Assembly: GCF_003334785.1 (NCBI RefSeq) | Contig: NZ_QOWV01000002.1 | From: Escherichia coli | Lineage (GTDB): Bacteria; Pseudomonadota; Gammaproteobacteria; Enterobacterales; Enterobacteriaceae | DNA length: 64,000 nucleotides | Direction: 5' to 3' (one strand) | Shown: in pieces, positions 11,511-25,359 of the stretch | Numbering within the stretch: the first letter of the stretch is position 1 | How the letters are laid out: the number at the start of each line of letters is the position of its first letter | The notes under the pieces: generated by a model | Told to the model about the DNA's origin: nothing | The model's input: only the letters and a program-made list of their open reading frames with translations | The model's database searches: none | Position numbers and translations under genes: made by a program

Positions 11511-14500
11511 ATGACTCCAGTAAAAGTGTGGCAAGAGCGCGTTGAGATCCCGACCTATGAAACCGGGCCGCAGGATATACATCCCATGTTCCTGGAAAAT
11601 CGCGTTTATCAGGGATCGTCCGGCGCGGTTTATCCCTACGGCGTGACCGATACGCTGAGCGAGCAGAAAACCCTGAAATCCTGGCAGGCGGTGTGGCTGG
11701 AAAACGACTACATCAAAGTGATGATCCTGCCGGAACTGGGCGGTCGGGTGCATCGCGCGTGGGATAAAGTGAAACAGCGCGATTTTGTTTATCACAATGA
11801 AGTCATTAAACCTGCGCTGGTGGGGCTGCTGGGGCCGTGGATTTCCGGTGGGATTGAGTTTAACTGGCCGCAACATCATCGCCCGACCACCTTTATGCCC
11901 GTTGATTTCACCCTCGAAGCCCATGAAGACGGTGCACAGACGGTGTGGGTAGGCGAAACGGAGCCGATGCATGGTTTACAGGTGATGACAGGTTTCACCC
12001 TGCGCCCTGACCGGGCGGCGCTGGAAATCGCCAGCCGCGTCTATAACGGGAACGCCACGCCGCGTCATTTCTTGTGGTGGGCCAACCCGGCAGTGAAAGG
12101 GGGGGAAGGGCATCAGAGCGTCTTCCCGCCGGATGTAACGGCGGTGTTTGATCACGGCAAACGGGCCGTCTCCGCTTTCCCCATCGCTACCGGCACTTAC
12201 TACAAAGTGGACTACTCCGCTGGAGTGGACATTTCTCGCTATAAAAATGTGCCTGTTCCAACCTCATATATGGCCGAAAAATCGCAGTACGATTTTGTCG
12301 GCGCGTGGTGTCACGATGAAGATGGCGGTTTGCTGCACGTTGCCAACCACCATATTGCGCCAGGTAAAAAACAGTGGAGTTGGGGACACAGTGAATTTGG
12401 CCAGGCGTGGGATAAGAGTCTGACCGACAATAACGGCCCGTATATCGAACTGATGACCGGTATTTTTGCCGATAACCAGCCCGATTTTACCTGGCTTGAT
12501 GCTTACGAAGAGAAGCGTTTTGAGCAGTATTTCCTGCCTTATCATTCTTTGGGCATGGTGCAAAATGCCTCCCGCGATGCGGTGATAAAACTCCAGCGTA
12601 GTAAGCGGGGGATTGAGTGGGGGCTGTATGCCATCTCTCCGTTGAACGGATACCGCCTGGCGATCCGCGAAATCGGTAAATGCAACGCGTTACTTGATGA
12701 TGCCGTGGCACTGATGCCTGCGACCGCCATCCAGGGCGTGTTGCACGGTATCAATCCTGAAAGGCTGACCATTGAGCTCTCCGATGCCGACGGCAATATT
12801 GTACTGAGTTATCAGGAACATCAGCCGCAAGCGTTGCCGTTACCGGACGTCGCCAAAGCGCCACTGGCAGCACAAGACATTACCAGTACAGATGAAGCCT
12901 GGTTTATCGGTCAGCATCTGGAGCAATATCATCACGCCAGCCGTTCACCGTTCGATTACTACCTGCGCGGCGTGGCGCTGGACCCGCTGGATTATCGCTG
13001 TAACCTGGCGCTGGCGATGCTGGAATATAACCGCGCAGATTTCCCGCAAGCGGTGGCGTATGCCACTCAGGCTCTGAAACGCGCACATTCGCTGAACAAA
13101 AATCCGCAGTGCGGACAGGCGAGTTTGATTCGCGCCAGTGCTTACGAACGTCAGGGACAATATCAACAAGCCGAAGAGGATTTCTGGCGTGCGGTCTGGA
13201 GCGGCAACAGCAAAGCCGGTGGCTATTATGGCCTGGCACGACTGGCGGCGCGTAATGGTAACTTCGACGCTGGTCTGGATTTTTGCCAACAAAGTCTTCG
13301 CGCCTGCCCAACCAATCAGGAAGTGCTTTGCCTGCATAATCTGCTGCTGGTGTTAAGTGGTCGTCAGGACAACGCGCGTGTGCAGCGCGAGAAACTGCTG
13401 CGCGATTATCCGCTGAACGCCACTCTGTGGTGGCTGAACTGGTTCGATGGTCGTAGCGAATCAGCTCTCGCGCAGTGGCGCGGTCTGTGTCAGGGACGCG
13501 ACGTTAACGCCCTGATGACCGCCGGGCAACTGATTAACTGGGGAATGCCCACCCTGGCGGCAGAGATGCTGAACGCACTGGACTGCCAGCGCACGCTGCC
13601 GCTTTACCTGCAAGCCAGCTTGCTGCCGAAAGCCGAACGTGGCGAACTGGTCGCAAAAGCCATTGATGTCTTCCCGCAGTTTGTCCGTTTCCCGAATACG
13701 CTGGAAGAAGTGGCGGCGCTGGAGAGTATTGAAGAGTGCTGGTTTGCTCGCCATTTACTAGCTTGCTTCTACTACAACAAACGTAGCTACAACAAAGCCA
13801 TTGCCTTTTGGCAACGTTGCGTAGAGATGTCGCCGGAGTTTGCCGACGGCTGGCGCGGGTTAGCGATCCATGCGTGGAATAAGCAACACGATTATGAGCT
13901 GGCCGCGCGTTATCTTGATAATGCTTATCAGCTTGCGCCGCAGGATGCACGTCTGCTTTTCGAACGGGATTTGCTGGATAAGTTAAGTGGAGCCACACCG
14001 GAGAAACGACTGGCGCGTCTGGAAAATAATCTGGAAATTGCGCTGAAACGCGACGACATGACCGCAGAACTGCTCAATTTGTGGCATCTCACGGGTCAGG
14101 CAGACAAAGCGGCGGACATTCTCGCCACGCGCAAATTCCACCCGTGGGAAGGCGGGGAAGGGAAGGTCACCAGTCAGTTTATCCTCAACCAGTTATTACG
14201 CGCCTGGCAGCATCTTGATGCCAGACAGCCGCAGCAGGCCTGCGAACTGCTTCATGCCGCGCTGCATTATCCGGAGAATTTAAGCGAAGGCCGTTTACCG
14301 GGGCAAACTGATAACGACATCTGGTTCTGGCAGGCGATATGCGCCAACGCGCAGGGCGATGAAACTGAAGCGACGCGTTGTTTACGTCTGGCGGCGACCG
14401 GCGATCGCACTATTAACATTCACAGTTATTACAACGATCAGCCGGTTGATTATCTCTTCTGGCAAGGGATGGCGCTGCGACTGCTGGGCGAACAACAAAC

Positions 14501-14792
14501 CGCACAGCAACTGTTTAGTGAAATGAAACAGTGGGCGCAAGAGATGGCGAAAACCAGTATCGAAGCGGATTTCTTTGCCGTCTCGCAACCTGACTTGTTG
14601 TCGCTGTATGGCGATTTACAACAGCAGCATAAAGAAAAATGCCTGATGGTGGCGATGCTGGCGTCCGCGGGACTCGGGGAGGTTGCGCAATATGAGTCTG
14701 CTCGCGCTGAATTGACGGCGATTAATCCGGCTTGGCCGAAAGCGGCATTATTCACCACCGTGATGCCTTTTATTTTTAACCGCGTTCACTAA
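11511..14792 (+). CDS. yphG: Large uncharacterised protein YphG (DUF5107-like N-terminal region plus TPR repeats)
   Basis: ORF 11418..14792; start placed at MTPVKVW to give 1093 aa; C-terminal half rich in TPR-like repeats; first gene of the yph operon. Confidence 0.8.
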   Translation: MTPVKVWQERVEIPTYETGPQDIHPMFLENRVYQGSSGAVYPYGVTDTLSEQKTLKSWQAVWLENDYIKVMILPELGGRVHRAWDKVKQRDFVYHNEVIKPALVGLLGPWISGGIEFNWPQHHRPTTFMPVDFTLEAHEDGAQTVWVGETEPMHGLQVMTGFTLRPDRAALEIASRVYNGNATPRHFLWWANPAVKGGEGHQSVFPPDVTAVFDHGKRAVSAFPIATGTYYKVDYSAGVDISRYKNVPVPTSYMAEKSQYDFVGAWCHDEDGGLLHVANHHIAPGKKQWSWGHSEFGQAWDKSLTDNNGPYIELMTGIFADNQPDFTWLDAYEEKRFEQYFLPYHSLGMVQNASRDAVIKLQRSKRGIEWGLYAISPLNGYRLAIREIGKCNALLDDAVALMPATAIQGVLHGINPERLTIELSDADGNIVLSYQEHQPQALPLPDVAKAPLAAQDITSTDEAWFIGQHLEQYHHASRSPFDYYLRGVALDPLDYRCNLALAMLEYNRADFPQAVAYATQALKRAHSLNKNPQCGQASLIRASAYERQGQYQQAEEDFWRAVWSGNSKAGGYYGLARLAARNGNFDAGLDFCQQSLRACPTNQEVLCLHNLLLVLSGRQDNARVQREKLLRDYPLNATLWWLNWFDGRSESALAQWRGLCQGRDVNALMTAGQLINWGMPTLAAEMLNALDCQRTLPLYLQASLLPKAERGELVAKAIDVFPQFVRFPNTLEEVAALESIEECWFARHLLACFYYNKRSYNKAIAFWQRCVEMSPEFADGWRGLAIHAWNKQHDYELAARYLDNAYQLAPQDARLLFERDLLDKLSGATPEKRLARLENNLEIALKRDDMTAELLNLWHLTGQADKAADILATRKFHPWEGGEGKVTSQFILNQLLRAWQHLDARQPQQACELLHAALHYPENLSEGRLPGQTDNDIWFWQAICANAQGDETEATRCLRLAATGDRTINIHSYYNDQPVDYLFWQGMALRLLGEQQTAQQLFSEMKQWAQEMAKTSIEADFFAVSQPDLLSLYGDLQQQHKEKCLMVAMLASAGLGEVAQYESARAELTAINPAWPKAALFTTVMPFIFNRVH

Positions 14793-14888
14793 ACCCTATT
14801 AACTGTAATATTTGAGCGGCACGCGCTGCCGCTCATCACAAAATAATTAGAATAAGCCGTTGTTAATAAAAACCCTACAGGAGGCTCT

Positions 14889-15872
14889 ATGCCTACAAAA
14901 ATGAGAACAACCCGTAATCTATTATTAATGGCTACGCTATTAGGTAGCGCACTATTTGCCAGGGCTGCGGAAAAAGAAATGACCATTGGCGCAATATACC
15001 TTGATACTCAGGGATACTACGCTGGAGTGCGTCAGGGCGTTCAGGATGCGGCAAAAGATTCCTCAGTACAAGTTCAGTTAATAGAAACTAACGCCCAGGG
15101 TGATATTTCGAAAGAAAGTACCTTTGTTGATACCCTCGTGGCGCGTAATGTCGATGCCATTATTTTATCGGCAGTGTCTGAAAATGGCAGTAGCCGTACC
15201 GTTCGTCGCGCCAGTGAAGCGGGCATTCCGGTGATTTGCTACAACACCTGTATTAATCAAAAGGGGGTCGATAAATATGTCTCGGCGTATCTGGTCGGCG
15301 ATCCGCTGGAATTTGGTAAAAAACTGGGTAACGCTGCCGCTGATTATTTTATTGCCAATAAAATTGACCAGCCGAAAATTGCCGTCATCAATTGCGAAGC
15401 CTTTGAAGTTTGTGTGCAGCGACGTAAAGGATTTGAAGAAGTTTTAAAATCCCGCGTTCCCGGCGCGCAAATTGTCGCTAATCAGGAAGGGACTGTTTTA
15501 GATAAAGCGATTTCCGTTGGTGAAAAACTAATTATCTCCACGCCGGATCTCAACGCCATTATGGGGGAATCGGGCGGTGCGACACTCGGCGCGGTAAAAG
15601 CGGTACGTAATCAAAATCAGGCCGGAAAAATTGCTGTTTTCGGTTCGGATATGACAACCGAAATTGCTCAGGAGCTGGAAAACAATCAGGTGCTGAAAGC
15701 GGTAGTGGATATTTCCGGTAAGAAAATGGGCAATGCTGTTTTCGCGCAAACATTGAAGGTTATCAATAAACAAGCCGACGGTGAAAAAGTGATTCAGGTG
15801 CCTATCGATCTCTATACCAAAACGGAAGACGGTAAACAGTGGCTGGCAACGCACGTTGATGGTCTGCCCTAA
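14889..15872 (+). CDS. yphF: Periplasmic sugar-binding protein of ABC transporter
   Basis: 327-aa ORF with signal peptide and LacI/RbsB-type periplasmic binding fold. Confidence 0.9.
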   Translation: MPTKMRTTRNLLLMATLLGSALFARAAEKEMTIGAIYLDTQGYYAGVRQGVQDAAKDSSVQVQLIETNAQGDISKESTFVDTLVARNVDAIILSAVSENGSSRTVRRASEAGIPVICYNTCINQKGVDKYVSAYLVGDPLEFGKKLGNAAADYFIANKIDQPKIAVINCEAFEVCVQRRKGFEEVLKSRVPGAQIVANQEGTVLDKAISVGEKLIISTPDLNAIMGESGGATLGAVKAVRNQNQAGKIAVFGSDMTTEIAQELENNQVLKAVVDISGKKMGNAVFAQTLKVINKQADGEKVIQVPIDLYTKTEDGKQWLATHVDGLP

Positions 15873-15894
15873 TCGCTGATTCGCAGAGGTCCCT

Positions 15895-17406
15895 ATGTTC
15901 ACGGCAACAGAGGCAGTCCCGGTAGCAAAAGTGGTGGCAGGAAATAAGCGTTATCCCGGCGTCGTTGCGCTGGATAACGTTAACTTCACGCTCAATAAAG
16001 GCGAAGTTCGTGCGCTGTTAGGTAAAAACGGCGCGGGCAAATCGACTCTCATTCGAATGCTTACCGGCAGCGAACGCCCGGATAGCGGTGATATCTGGAT
16101 TGGCGAGACGCGACTGGAAGGTGACGAAGCTACGCTGACTCGCCGTGCCGCTGAACTGGGGGTGCGCGCGGTTTATCAGGAGTTAAGTCTGGTGGAAGGG
16201 CTGACAGTGGCGGAAAACCTCTGCCTCGGTCAGTGGCCCCGCCGCAACGGCATGATTGATTACCTGCAAATGGCGCAGGATGCCCAACGTTGCTTACAGG
16301 CGCTGGGCGTTGACGTTAGTCCTGAACAACTTGTTTCAACGCTAAGCCCGGCGCAAAAGCAGCTGGTGGAAATTGCGCGGGTGATGAAGGGCGAGCCGCG
16401 CGTGGTCATTCTTGATGAACCTACCAGTTCGCTTGCGAGTGCGGAAGTTGAACTGGTGATCAGCGCGGTGAAAAAGATGTCGGCACTGGGCGTGGCGGTG
16501 ATTTATGTCAGCCACCGGATGGAAGAAATTCGCCGCATTGCCTCCTGTGCCACCGTTATGCGCGATGGTCAGGTGGCGGGCGATGTGATGCTCGAAAACA
16601 CCTCCACGCATCATATTGTGTCGCTGATGCTCGGGCGCGATCACGTTGATATTGCGCCGGTAGCCCCTCAGGAAATTGTGGATCAGGCCGTGCTGGAAGT
16701 CCGTGCGTTACGCCATAAGCCCAAGCTGGAGGATATCAGTTTTACGCTACGTCGTGGCGAAGTGCTCGGCATTGCTGGTCTGCTGGGGGCAGGGCGCAGT
16801 GAATTGCTGAAGGCGATTGTTGGGCTGGAGGAGTATGAACAGGGCGAAATTGTTATCAACGGCGAGAAAATCACGCGCCCCGATTACGGCGACATGCTGA
16901 AACGCGGCATTGGCTATACGCCAGAAAACCGCAAAGAAGCGGGGATCATTCCCTGGTTGGGCGTTGACGAAAATACAGTGCTGACCAATCGGCAAAAAAT
17001 CAGCGCCAACGGTGTGCTGCAATGGTCCACCATCCGCCGCCTGACCGAAGAGGTGATGCAGCGGATGACGGTCAAGGCCGCCAGTAGCGAAACACCCATC
17101 GGCACGCTTTCTGGTGGCAATCAGCAAAAAGTGGTGATCGGTCGTTGGGTCTATGCTGCCAGCCAGATTTTGTTGCTCGACGAGCCAACGCGCGGCGTCG
17201 ATATCGAAGCCAAACAGCAGATTTACCGTATTGTCCGTGAGCTGGCTGCCGAAGGAAAAAGCGTGGTGTTTATCTCTAGTGAAGTGGAGGAGTTGCCGCT
17301 GGTGTGTGACCGCATCCTGTTATTACAGCACGGCACGTTCTCGCAGGAGTTTCACGCTCCGGTCAATGTGGATGAGCTGATGTCCGCCATTCTGTCTGTG
17401 CACTGA
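15895..17406 (+). CDS. yphE: Sugar ABC transporter ATP-binding protein (two ABC domains)
   Basis: 503-aa ORF with two Walker A motifs (GKNGAGKST; GLLGAGRSE) and LSGG signatures. Confidence 0.9.
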   Translation: MFTATEAVPVAKVVAGNKRYPGVVALDNVNFTLNKGEVRALLGKNGAGKSTLIRMLTGSERPDSGDIWIGETRLEGDEATLTRRAAELGVRAVYQELSLVEGLTVAENLCLGQWPRRNGMIDYLQMAQDAQRCLQALGVDVSPEQLVSTLSPAQKQLVEIARVMKGEPRVVILDEPTSSLASAEVELVISAVKKMSALGVAVIYVSHRMEEIRRIASCATVMRDGQVAGDVMLENTSTHHIVSLMLGRDHVDIAPVAPQEIVDQAVLEVRALRHKPKLEDISFTLRRGEVLGIAGLLGAGRSELLKAIVGLEEYEQGEIVINGEKITRPDYGDMLKRGIGYTPENRKEAGIIPWLGVDENTVLTNRQKISANGVLQWSTIRRLTEEVMQRMTVKAASSETPIGTLSGGNQQKVVIGRWVYAASQILLLDEPTRGVDIEAKQQIYRIVRELAAEGKSVVFISSEVEELPLVCDRILLLQHGTFSQEFHAPVNVDELMSAILSVH

Positions 17407-17430
17407 TGAATTTTACCGAGGAACCTGAAG

Positions 17431-18429
17431 ATGTCTGCTTCGTCATTACCATTGCCGCAGGGCAAGAGCGTCTCGCTCAAACAATTTGTCAGTCGCCATA
17501 TTAATGAGATCGGTTTGCTGGTGGTGATTGCCATTCTTTATCTGGTCTTCTCCCTGAACGCGCCTGGCTTTATCTCATTGAATAACCAGATGAACGTGCT
17601 GCGCGATGCCGCCACCATTGGGATTGCCGCCTGGGCGATGACGCTGATTATTATCTCCGGTGAAATTGATGTCAGCGTTGGGCCGATGGTGGCTTTTGTC
17701 TCGGTGTGCCTGGCATTTTTGCTGCAATTTGAAGTTCCGCTGGCGGTGGCGTGCCTGCTGGTGTTGCTGTTAGGCGCGCTGATGGGAACGCTGGCCGGGG
17801 TGCTGCGCGGCGTGTTTAATGTACCAAGTTTCGTTGCCACACTGGGGCTGTGGAGCGCCCTGCGCGGAATGGGGCTGTTTATGACGAACGCACTGCCAGT
17901 GCCGATTGATGAAAACGAGGTGCTGGACTGGCTGGGCGGACAATTTCTCGGTGTGCCGGTATCCGCGCTGATCATGATTGTGTTGTTTGCGCTGTTTGTG
18001 TTCATCAGCCGCAAAACCGCCTTCGGGCGCTCGGTTTTTGCCGTTGGCGGTAATGCTACGGCGGCGCAGTTGTGCGGCATCAACGTTCGTCGGGTGCGCA
18101 TTCTTATCTTTACCCTTTCGGGATTATTAGCGGCGGTGACCGGCATTTTGTTGGCGGCGCGCCTCGGTTCTGGTAACGCAGGTGCCGCAAACGGTCTGGA
18201 GTTTGACGTCATCGCCGCGGTCGTGGTCGGCGGTACGGCACTTTCCGGCGGTCGCGGTTCCCTGTTCGGTACATTGCTTGGTGTGCTGGTGATTACGCTA
18301 ATCGGTAACGGTCTGGTGCTGCTCGGTATTAACTCCTTTTTCCAGCAGGTGGTACGCGGCGTCATCATCGTGGTGGCGGTGCTGGCGAATATCTTGCTGA
18401 CCCAGCGAAGCAGTAAAGCGAAACGCTAA
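17431..18429 (+). CDS. yphD: Sugar ABC transporter permease
   Basis: 332-aa polytopic hydrophobic ORF, RbsC/AraH-like. Confidence 0.9.
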   Translation: MSASSLPLPQGKSVSLKQFVSRHINEIGLLVVIAILYLVFSLNAPGFISLNNQMNVLRDAATIGIAAWAMTLIIISGEIDVSVGPMVAFVSVCLAFLLQFEVPLAVACLLVLLLGALMGTLAGVLRGVFNVPSFVATLGLWSALRGMGLFMTNALPVPIDENEVLDWLGGQFLGVPVSALIMIVLFALFVFISRKTAFGRSVFAVGGNATAAQLCGINVRRVRILIFTLSGLLAAVTGILLAARLGSGNAGAANGLEFDVIAAVVVGGTALSGGRGSLFGTLLGVLVITLIGNGLVLLGINSFFQQVVRGVIIVVAVLANILLTQRSSKAKR

Positions 18430-18494
18430 ACCTTAACGCCCCTGGCGCGGGTGCGGCAGGGATGAAAATTAATCGTATTGTTAATGAGGGATTT

Positions 18495-19556
18495 ATGAAA
18501 ACGATGCTGGCAGCTTATTTACCAGGAAATTCGACCGTCGATCTGCGGGAAGTTGCGGTGCCGACGCCGGGGATTAACCAGGTACTGATCAAAATGAAAT
18601 CCTCCGGGATTTGCGGAAGCGATGTCCACTATATCTATCATCAACACCGTGCCACAGCGGCGGCACCCGATAAACCGTTATACCAGGGCTTTATCAACGG
18701 TCATGAACCGTGCGGGCAGATTGTGGCGATGGGGCAAGGCTGCCGCCATTTTAAAGAGGGCGACCGCGTGCTGGTGTATCACATTTCTGGCTGTGGTTTT
18801 TGCCCGAACTGCCGTCGCGGTTTTCCTATTTCTTGTACTGGCGAAGGAAAAGCGGCTTACGGCTGGCAGCGTGACGGCGGTCATGCCGAATACTTGCTGG
18901 CGGAAGAAAAAGATCTGATCCTCCTGCCGGATGCGCTGAGCTACGAAGATGGTGCGTTTATCAGTTGCGGCGTTGGTACAGCGTATGAAGGAATTTTGCG
19001 CGGCGAAGTTTCCGGCAGTGATAACGTGCTGGTGGTCGGTCTGGGGCCAGTCGGCATGATGGCGATGATGCTGGCGAAAGGTCGCGGTGCAAAACGGATC
19101 ATCGACGTTGATATGCTGCCGGAACGTCTGGCGATGGCAAAACAGTTAGGGGTGATGGATCACGGCTATTTAGCAACCACCGAAGGTCTGCCGCAGATTA
19201 TCGCCGAACTCACCCACGGTGGCGCGGATGTTGCGCTCGATTGTTCCGGTAATGCCGCAGGTCGCTTGCTGGCACTGCAATCCACCGCTGACTGGGGACG
19301 GGTGGTTTACATTGGTGAAACCGGAAAAGTGGAATTCGAGGTCAGCGCCGATCTGATGCACCATCAACGGCGGATTATCGGCTCCTGGGTGACCAGTCTG
19401 TTCCATATGGAAAAATGCGCCCATGATCTGACGGACTGGAAGCTGTGGCCGCGTAACGCCATTACCCATCGCTTCTCGCTGGAACAGGCAGGTGATGCCT
19501 ATGCGCTGATGGCGAGCGGCAAATGCGGGAAAGTTGTGATTAACTTCCCGGATTAA
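18495..19556 (+). CDS. yphC: Zinc-dependent alcohol/polyol dehydrogenase (MDR family)
   Basis: ORF 18462..19556; GHEPCG zinc motif and GxGxxG Rossmann motif; start trimmed to 353 aa. Confidence 0.85.
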   Translation: MKTMLAAYLPGNSTVDLREVAVPTPGINQVLIKMKSSGICGSDVHYIYHQHRATAAAPDKPLYQGFINGHEPCGQIVAMGQGCRHFKEGDRVLVYHISGCGFCPNCRRGFPISCTGEGKAAYGWQRDGGHAEYLLAEEKDLILLPDALSYEDGAFISCGVGTAYEGILRGEVSGSDNVLVVGLGPVGMMAMMLAKGRGAKRIIDVDMLPERLAMAKQLGVMDHGYLATTEGLPQIIAELTHGGADVALDCSGNAAGRLLALQSTADWGRVVYIGETGKVEFEVSADLMHHQRRIIGSWVTSLFHMEKCAHDLTDWKLWPRNAITHRFSLEQAGDAYALMASGKCGKVVINFPD

Positions 19557-19567
19557 GGAGTTAGCGG

Positions 19568-20440
19568 ATGACCATCTATACCTTATCCCACGGGTCGCTA
19601 AAGCTGGACGTTTCTGACCAGGGCGGCGTAATCGAAGGCTTCTGGCGCGATACGACGCCGCTCTTACGTCCTGGTAAAAAAAGCGGTGTGGCAACCGATG
19701 CCTCATGTTTTCCGCTGGTGCCATTTGCAAACCGGGTGAGCGGCAATCGTTTTGTCTGGCAGGGGCGTGAGTATCAACTGCAACCGAATGTTGAGTGGGA
19801 TGCGCACTATCTACACGGCGATGGCTGGCTGGGCGAGTGGCAATGTGTCTCGCACAGCGATGATAGTTTGTGTCTGGTGTATGAACATCGCAGCGGTGTC
19901 TATCACTATCGGGTAAGTCAGGCGTTTCATTTAACGGCGGATACGCTGACGGTGACGCTCTCTGTCACCAATCAAGGGGCAGAGACGCTGCCATTTGGTA
20001 CCGGCTGGCATCCTTATTTTCCGTTGTCGCCGCAAACGCGGATTCAGGCACAGGCGAGCGGTTACTGGCTGGAGCGGGAGCAGTGGCTGGCGGGTGAGTT
20101 TTGCGAGCAGCTACCGCAGGAACTGGATTTTAACCAGCCCGCGCCGTTGCCGCGCCAGTGGGTGAACAATGGTTTTGCCGGATGGAATGGTCAGGCCCGC
20201 ATCGAGCAGCCGCAGGAAGGTTATGCCATCATCATGGAAACGACGCCACCTGCACCGTGTTATTTCATCTTTGTTTCCGACCCTGCGTTTGATAAAGGAT
20301 ATGCGTTTGATTTCTTCTGTCTGGAACCGATGAGCCATGCGCCGGATGATCATCATCGCCCGGAAGGGGGTGATCTCATTGCGCTAGCACCAGGGGAATC
20401 AACAACTTCAGAGATGTCGTTGCGGGTAGAGTGGCTGTAA
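19568..20440 (+). CDS. yphB: Aldose 1-epimerase-family protein (mutarotase-like)
   Basis: 290-aa ORF; last gene of the yph operon. Confidence 0.85.
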   Translation: MTIYTLSHGSLKLDVSDQGGVIEGFWRDTTPLLRPGKKSGVATDASCFPLVPFANRVSGNRFVWQGREYQLQPNVEWDAHYLHGDGWLGEWQCVSHSDDSLCLVYEHRSGVYHYRVSQAFHLTADTLTVTLSVTNQGAETLPFGTGWHPYFPLSPQTRIQAQASGYWLEREQWLAGEFCEQLPQELDFNQPAPLPRQWVNNGFAGWNGQARIEQPQEGYAIIMETTPPAPCYFIFVSDPAFDKGYAFDFFCLEPMSHAPDDHHRPEGGDLIALAPGESTTSEMSLRVEWL

Positions 20441-20450
20441 TTTATTAAAT

Positions 20451-20480
20451 GCCGGATAAGGCGTTCACGCCGCATCCGGC
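20451..20480. repeat. REP element
   Basis: gccggataaggcgttcacgccgcatccggc palindromic unit between yphB and yphA. Confidence 0.8.
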
Positions 20481-20487
20481 ATCTTTC

Positions 20488-20910
20488 CTAACGCCGATCG
20501 AGAGAAATTGCCCCCGGCCCGGTAATTGCCAATAGCAAGAACGCGCCAGCGATACTGACATTCTTCCAGAAATTAATCATATTTGGCCCAACCGCATCGC
20601 CGGTCATATCCCAGTAATGGTGACCAATCACCGCCGTACCCAGCGTGTAGAAAATAAACAGCACCGCCAGCGGACGGGTGAAAAAGCCAAGCACGATTAA
20701 TATCGCGGCGGGCACTTCCATAACTACCGCAATAATCGCTGCCAGCATCGGCATTGGCGCGCCCAACGAGGCCATATATTGGACCGTACCGTCAAAGCCC
20801 ATCATTTTGGGAAAACCAAAAATAATGAAAATTAAGACCACGGCGATACGGGCAATTAATAACAAAACGGGGCGGGCAGCTCCAAAATCAAAATAACGTA
20901 GTGTGTTCAT
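20488..20910 (-). CDS. yphA: DoxX-family inner membrane protein
   Basis: ORF 20488..20982 (-); start trimmed to MNTLRYF giving 140 aa; four hydrophobic segments. Confidence 0.85.
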
Positions 20911-21006
20911 AACCAATCCCTTTGCAAGATAATGTGATTTAAACGTAATACACACTCTTGCACCTCGCCACGCCCCAGGCATTGAGATATTCGCTAATTA
21001 TCCTGG

Positions 21007-22218
<1,212 letters not shown>

Positions 22219-23031
22219 TTAAAGATCCAGCCCAGCCGCTACGTGGCGAATGCCGCGAATCGCTAAACCCGCATCAGCGTTGATCATCACACCGCTTAAT
22301 GCGCGATTATTGCGCCGCGATGTCAACATCACATACGGCCCCGTAAAATCCGCCGGTTGCGGGAAAAATTGCAGCGGTAAAATGGCGGCAATTTTCTCCG
22401 GCGTCAGAGACTGCATTATCGAGGTTTCACTTTGCCCGAGCGCCTGTGGGCCGCGCAGGTCGCTGGCCATACCACACGGGCCGACGCCATTCACCCGCAC
22501 TTTCGGTGCCAGTTCATAAGCCAGTTGGCGAATAAGTCCGGTTGCGGCATGTTTACTGGCGGTGTACAGCGGGCCACCGCCGCCAGGATACCAGGCGGCA
22601 TTTGACAGTGTGAAAATCATGCTGCCTTCACTGGCGATTAACGCCGGAGCGCAGGCTTTTGCGCCCAGCAGGTAACCGAGAACATTGACGTTAAACAGCT
22701 CGTGGAAGCCGGTTTCGAGCGTCTCTGCGGGAGTATTAACCAGTGAGGCATTGTGATCCCAGATGCCTGCATTGCCGATAAAACAATCCAGCTTGCCGGA
22801 ACGAGTCAGGATCTGATCGACCGCGCGTTGATAATCGGCATAACAGGTCACGTTACCTTCCACCGCCAGAATATGTTCGCCAAATCGCTGACGCAGACTG
22901 GCGACTTTTGCCGCCGACAGTTCCAGCGTGGCAACCTGCGCGCCTTCTTCGATAAATCGCTCGACCAGCGCCAGCCCTAATCCCGATCCGCCGCCGGTAA
23001 TAAAAATGGACTCGTTATGCAGATCGCTCAT
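22219..23031 (-). CDS. hcaB: 2,3-dihydroxy-2,3-dihydrophenylpropionate dehydrogenase (SDR)
   Basis: 270-aa ORF, SDR motif TGGGSGLG. Confidence 0.92.
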   Translation of the reverse strand: MSDLHNESIFITGGGSGLGLALVERFIEEGAQVATLELSAAKVASLRQRFGEHILAVEGNVTCYADYQRAVDQILTRSGKLDCFIGNAGIWDHNASLVNTPAETLETGFHELFNVNVLGYLLGAKACAPALIASEGSMIFTLSNAAWYPGGGGPLYTASKHAATGLIRQLAYELAPKVRVNGVGPCGMASDLRGPQALGQSETSIMQSLTPEKIAAILPLQFFPQPADFTGPYVMLTSRRNNRALSGVMINADAGLAIRGIRHVAAGLDL

Positions 23032-23347
23032 GGCTGCGCCTCCGGTAAGTCGATGAAAATGTCACCACCTTCAACGTGTACTGGATAAGTGGTGAGCGGA
23101 TCGGTGGCGGGCAGGCATAACGCTTTCCCCGTTTTCAGGCAAAAACTGGCGGCGTGTAGCGGGCACTCCACCGTGGCGTCATCTTCCAGATACCCTTCTG
23201 ACATTGACGCATTACCATGGCTGCAACGATCGTTAATGGCATAAAACTCGCCGCCAACGTTGAACAGGGCGATGACGGGCGAGGTATCGATCCGGAGAGC
23301 CTCACCCTCCGGCACATCCGCAACGGGACACGCATAAATTCGATTCA

Positions 23348-23348
<1 letters not shown>
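23028..23348 (-). CDS. hcaC: Rieske ferredoxin of 3-phenylpropionate dioxygenase
   Basis: 106-aa ORF with Rieske CxH...CxxH motifs; start overlaps the hcaF stop. Confidence 0.92.

Positions 23349-25359
<2,011 letters not shown>

Noticed and set aside
17538-18368. 276-aa minus-strand ORF within yphD
   Set aside because: Antisense to the permease gene; Pro/Ser/Thr-rich low-complexity translation.
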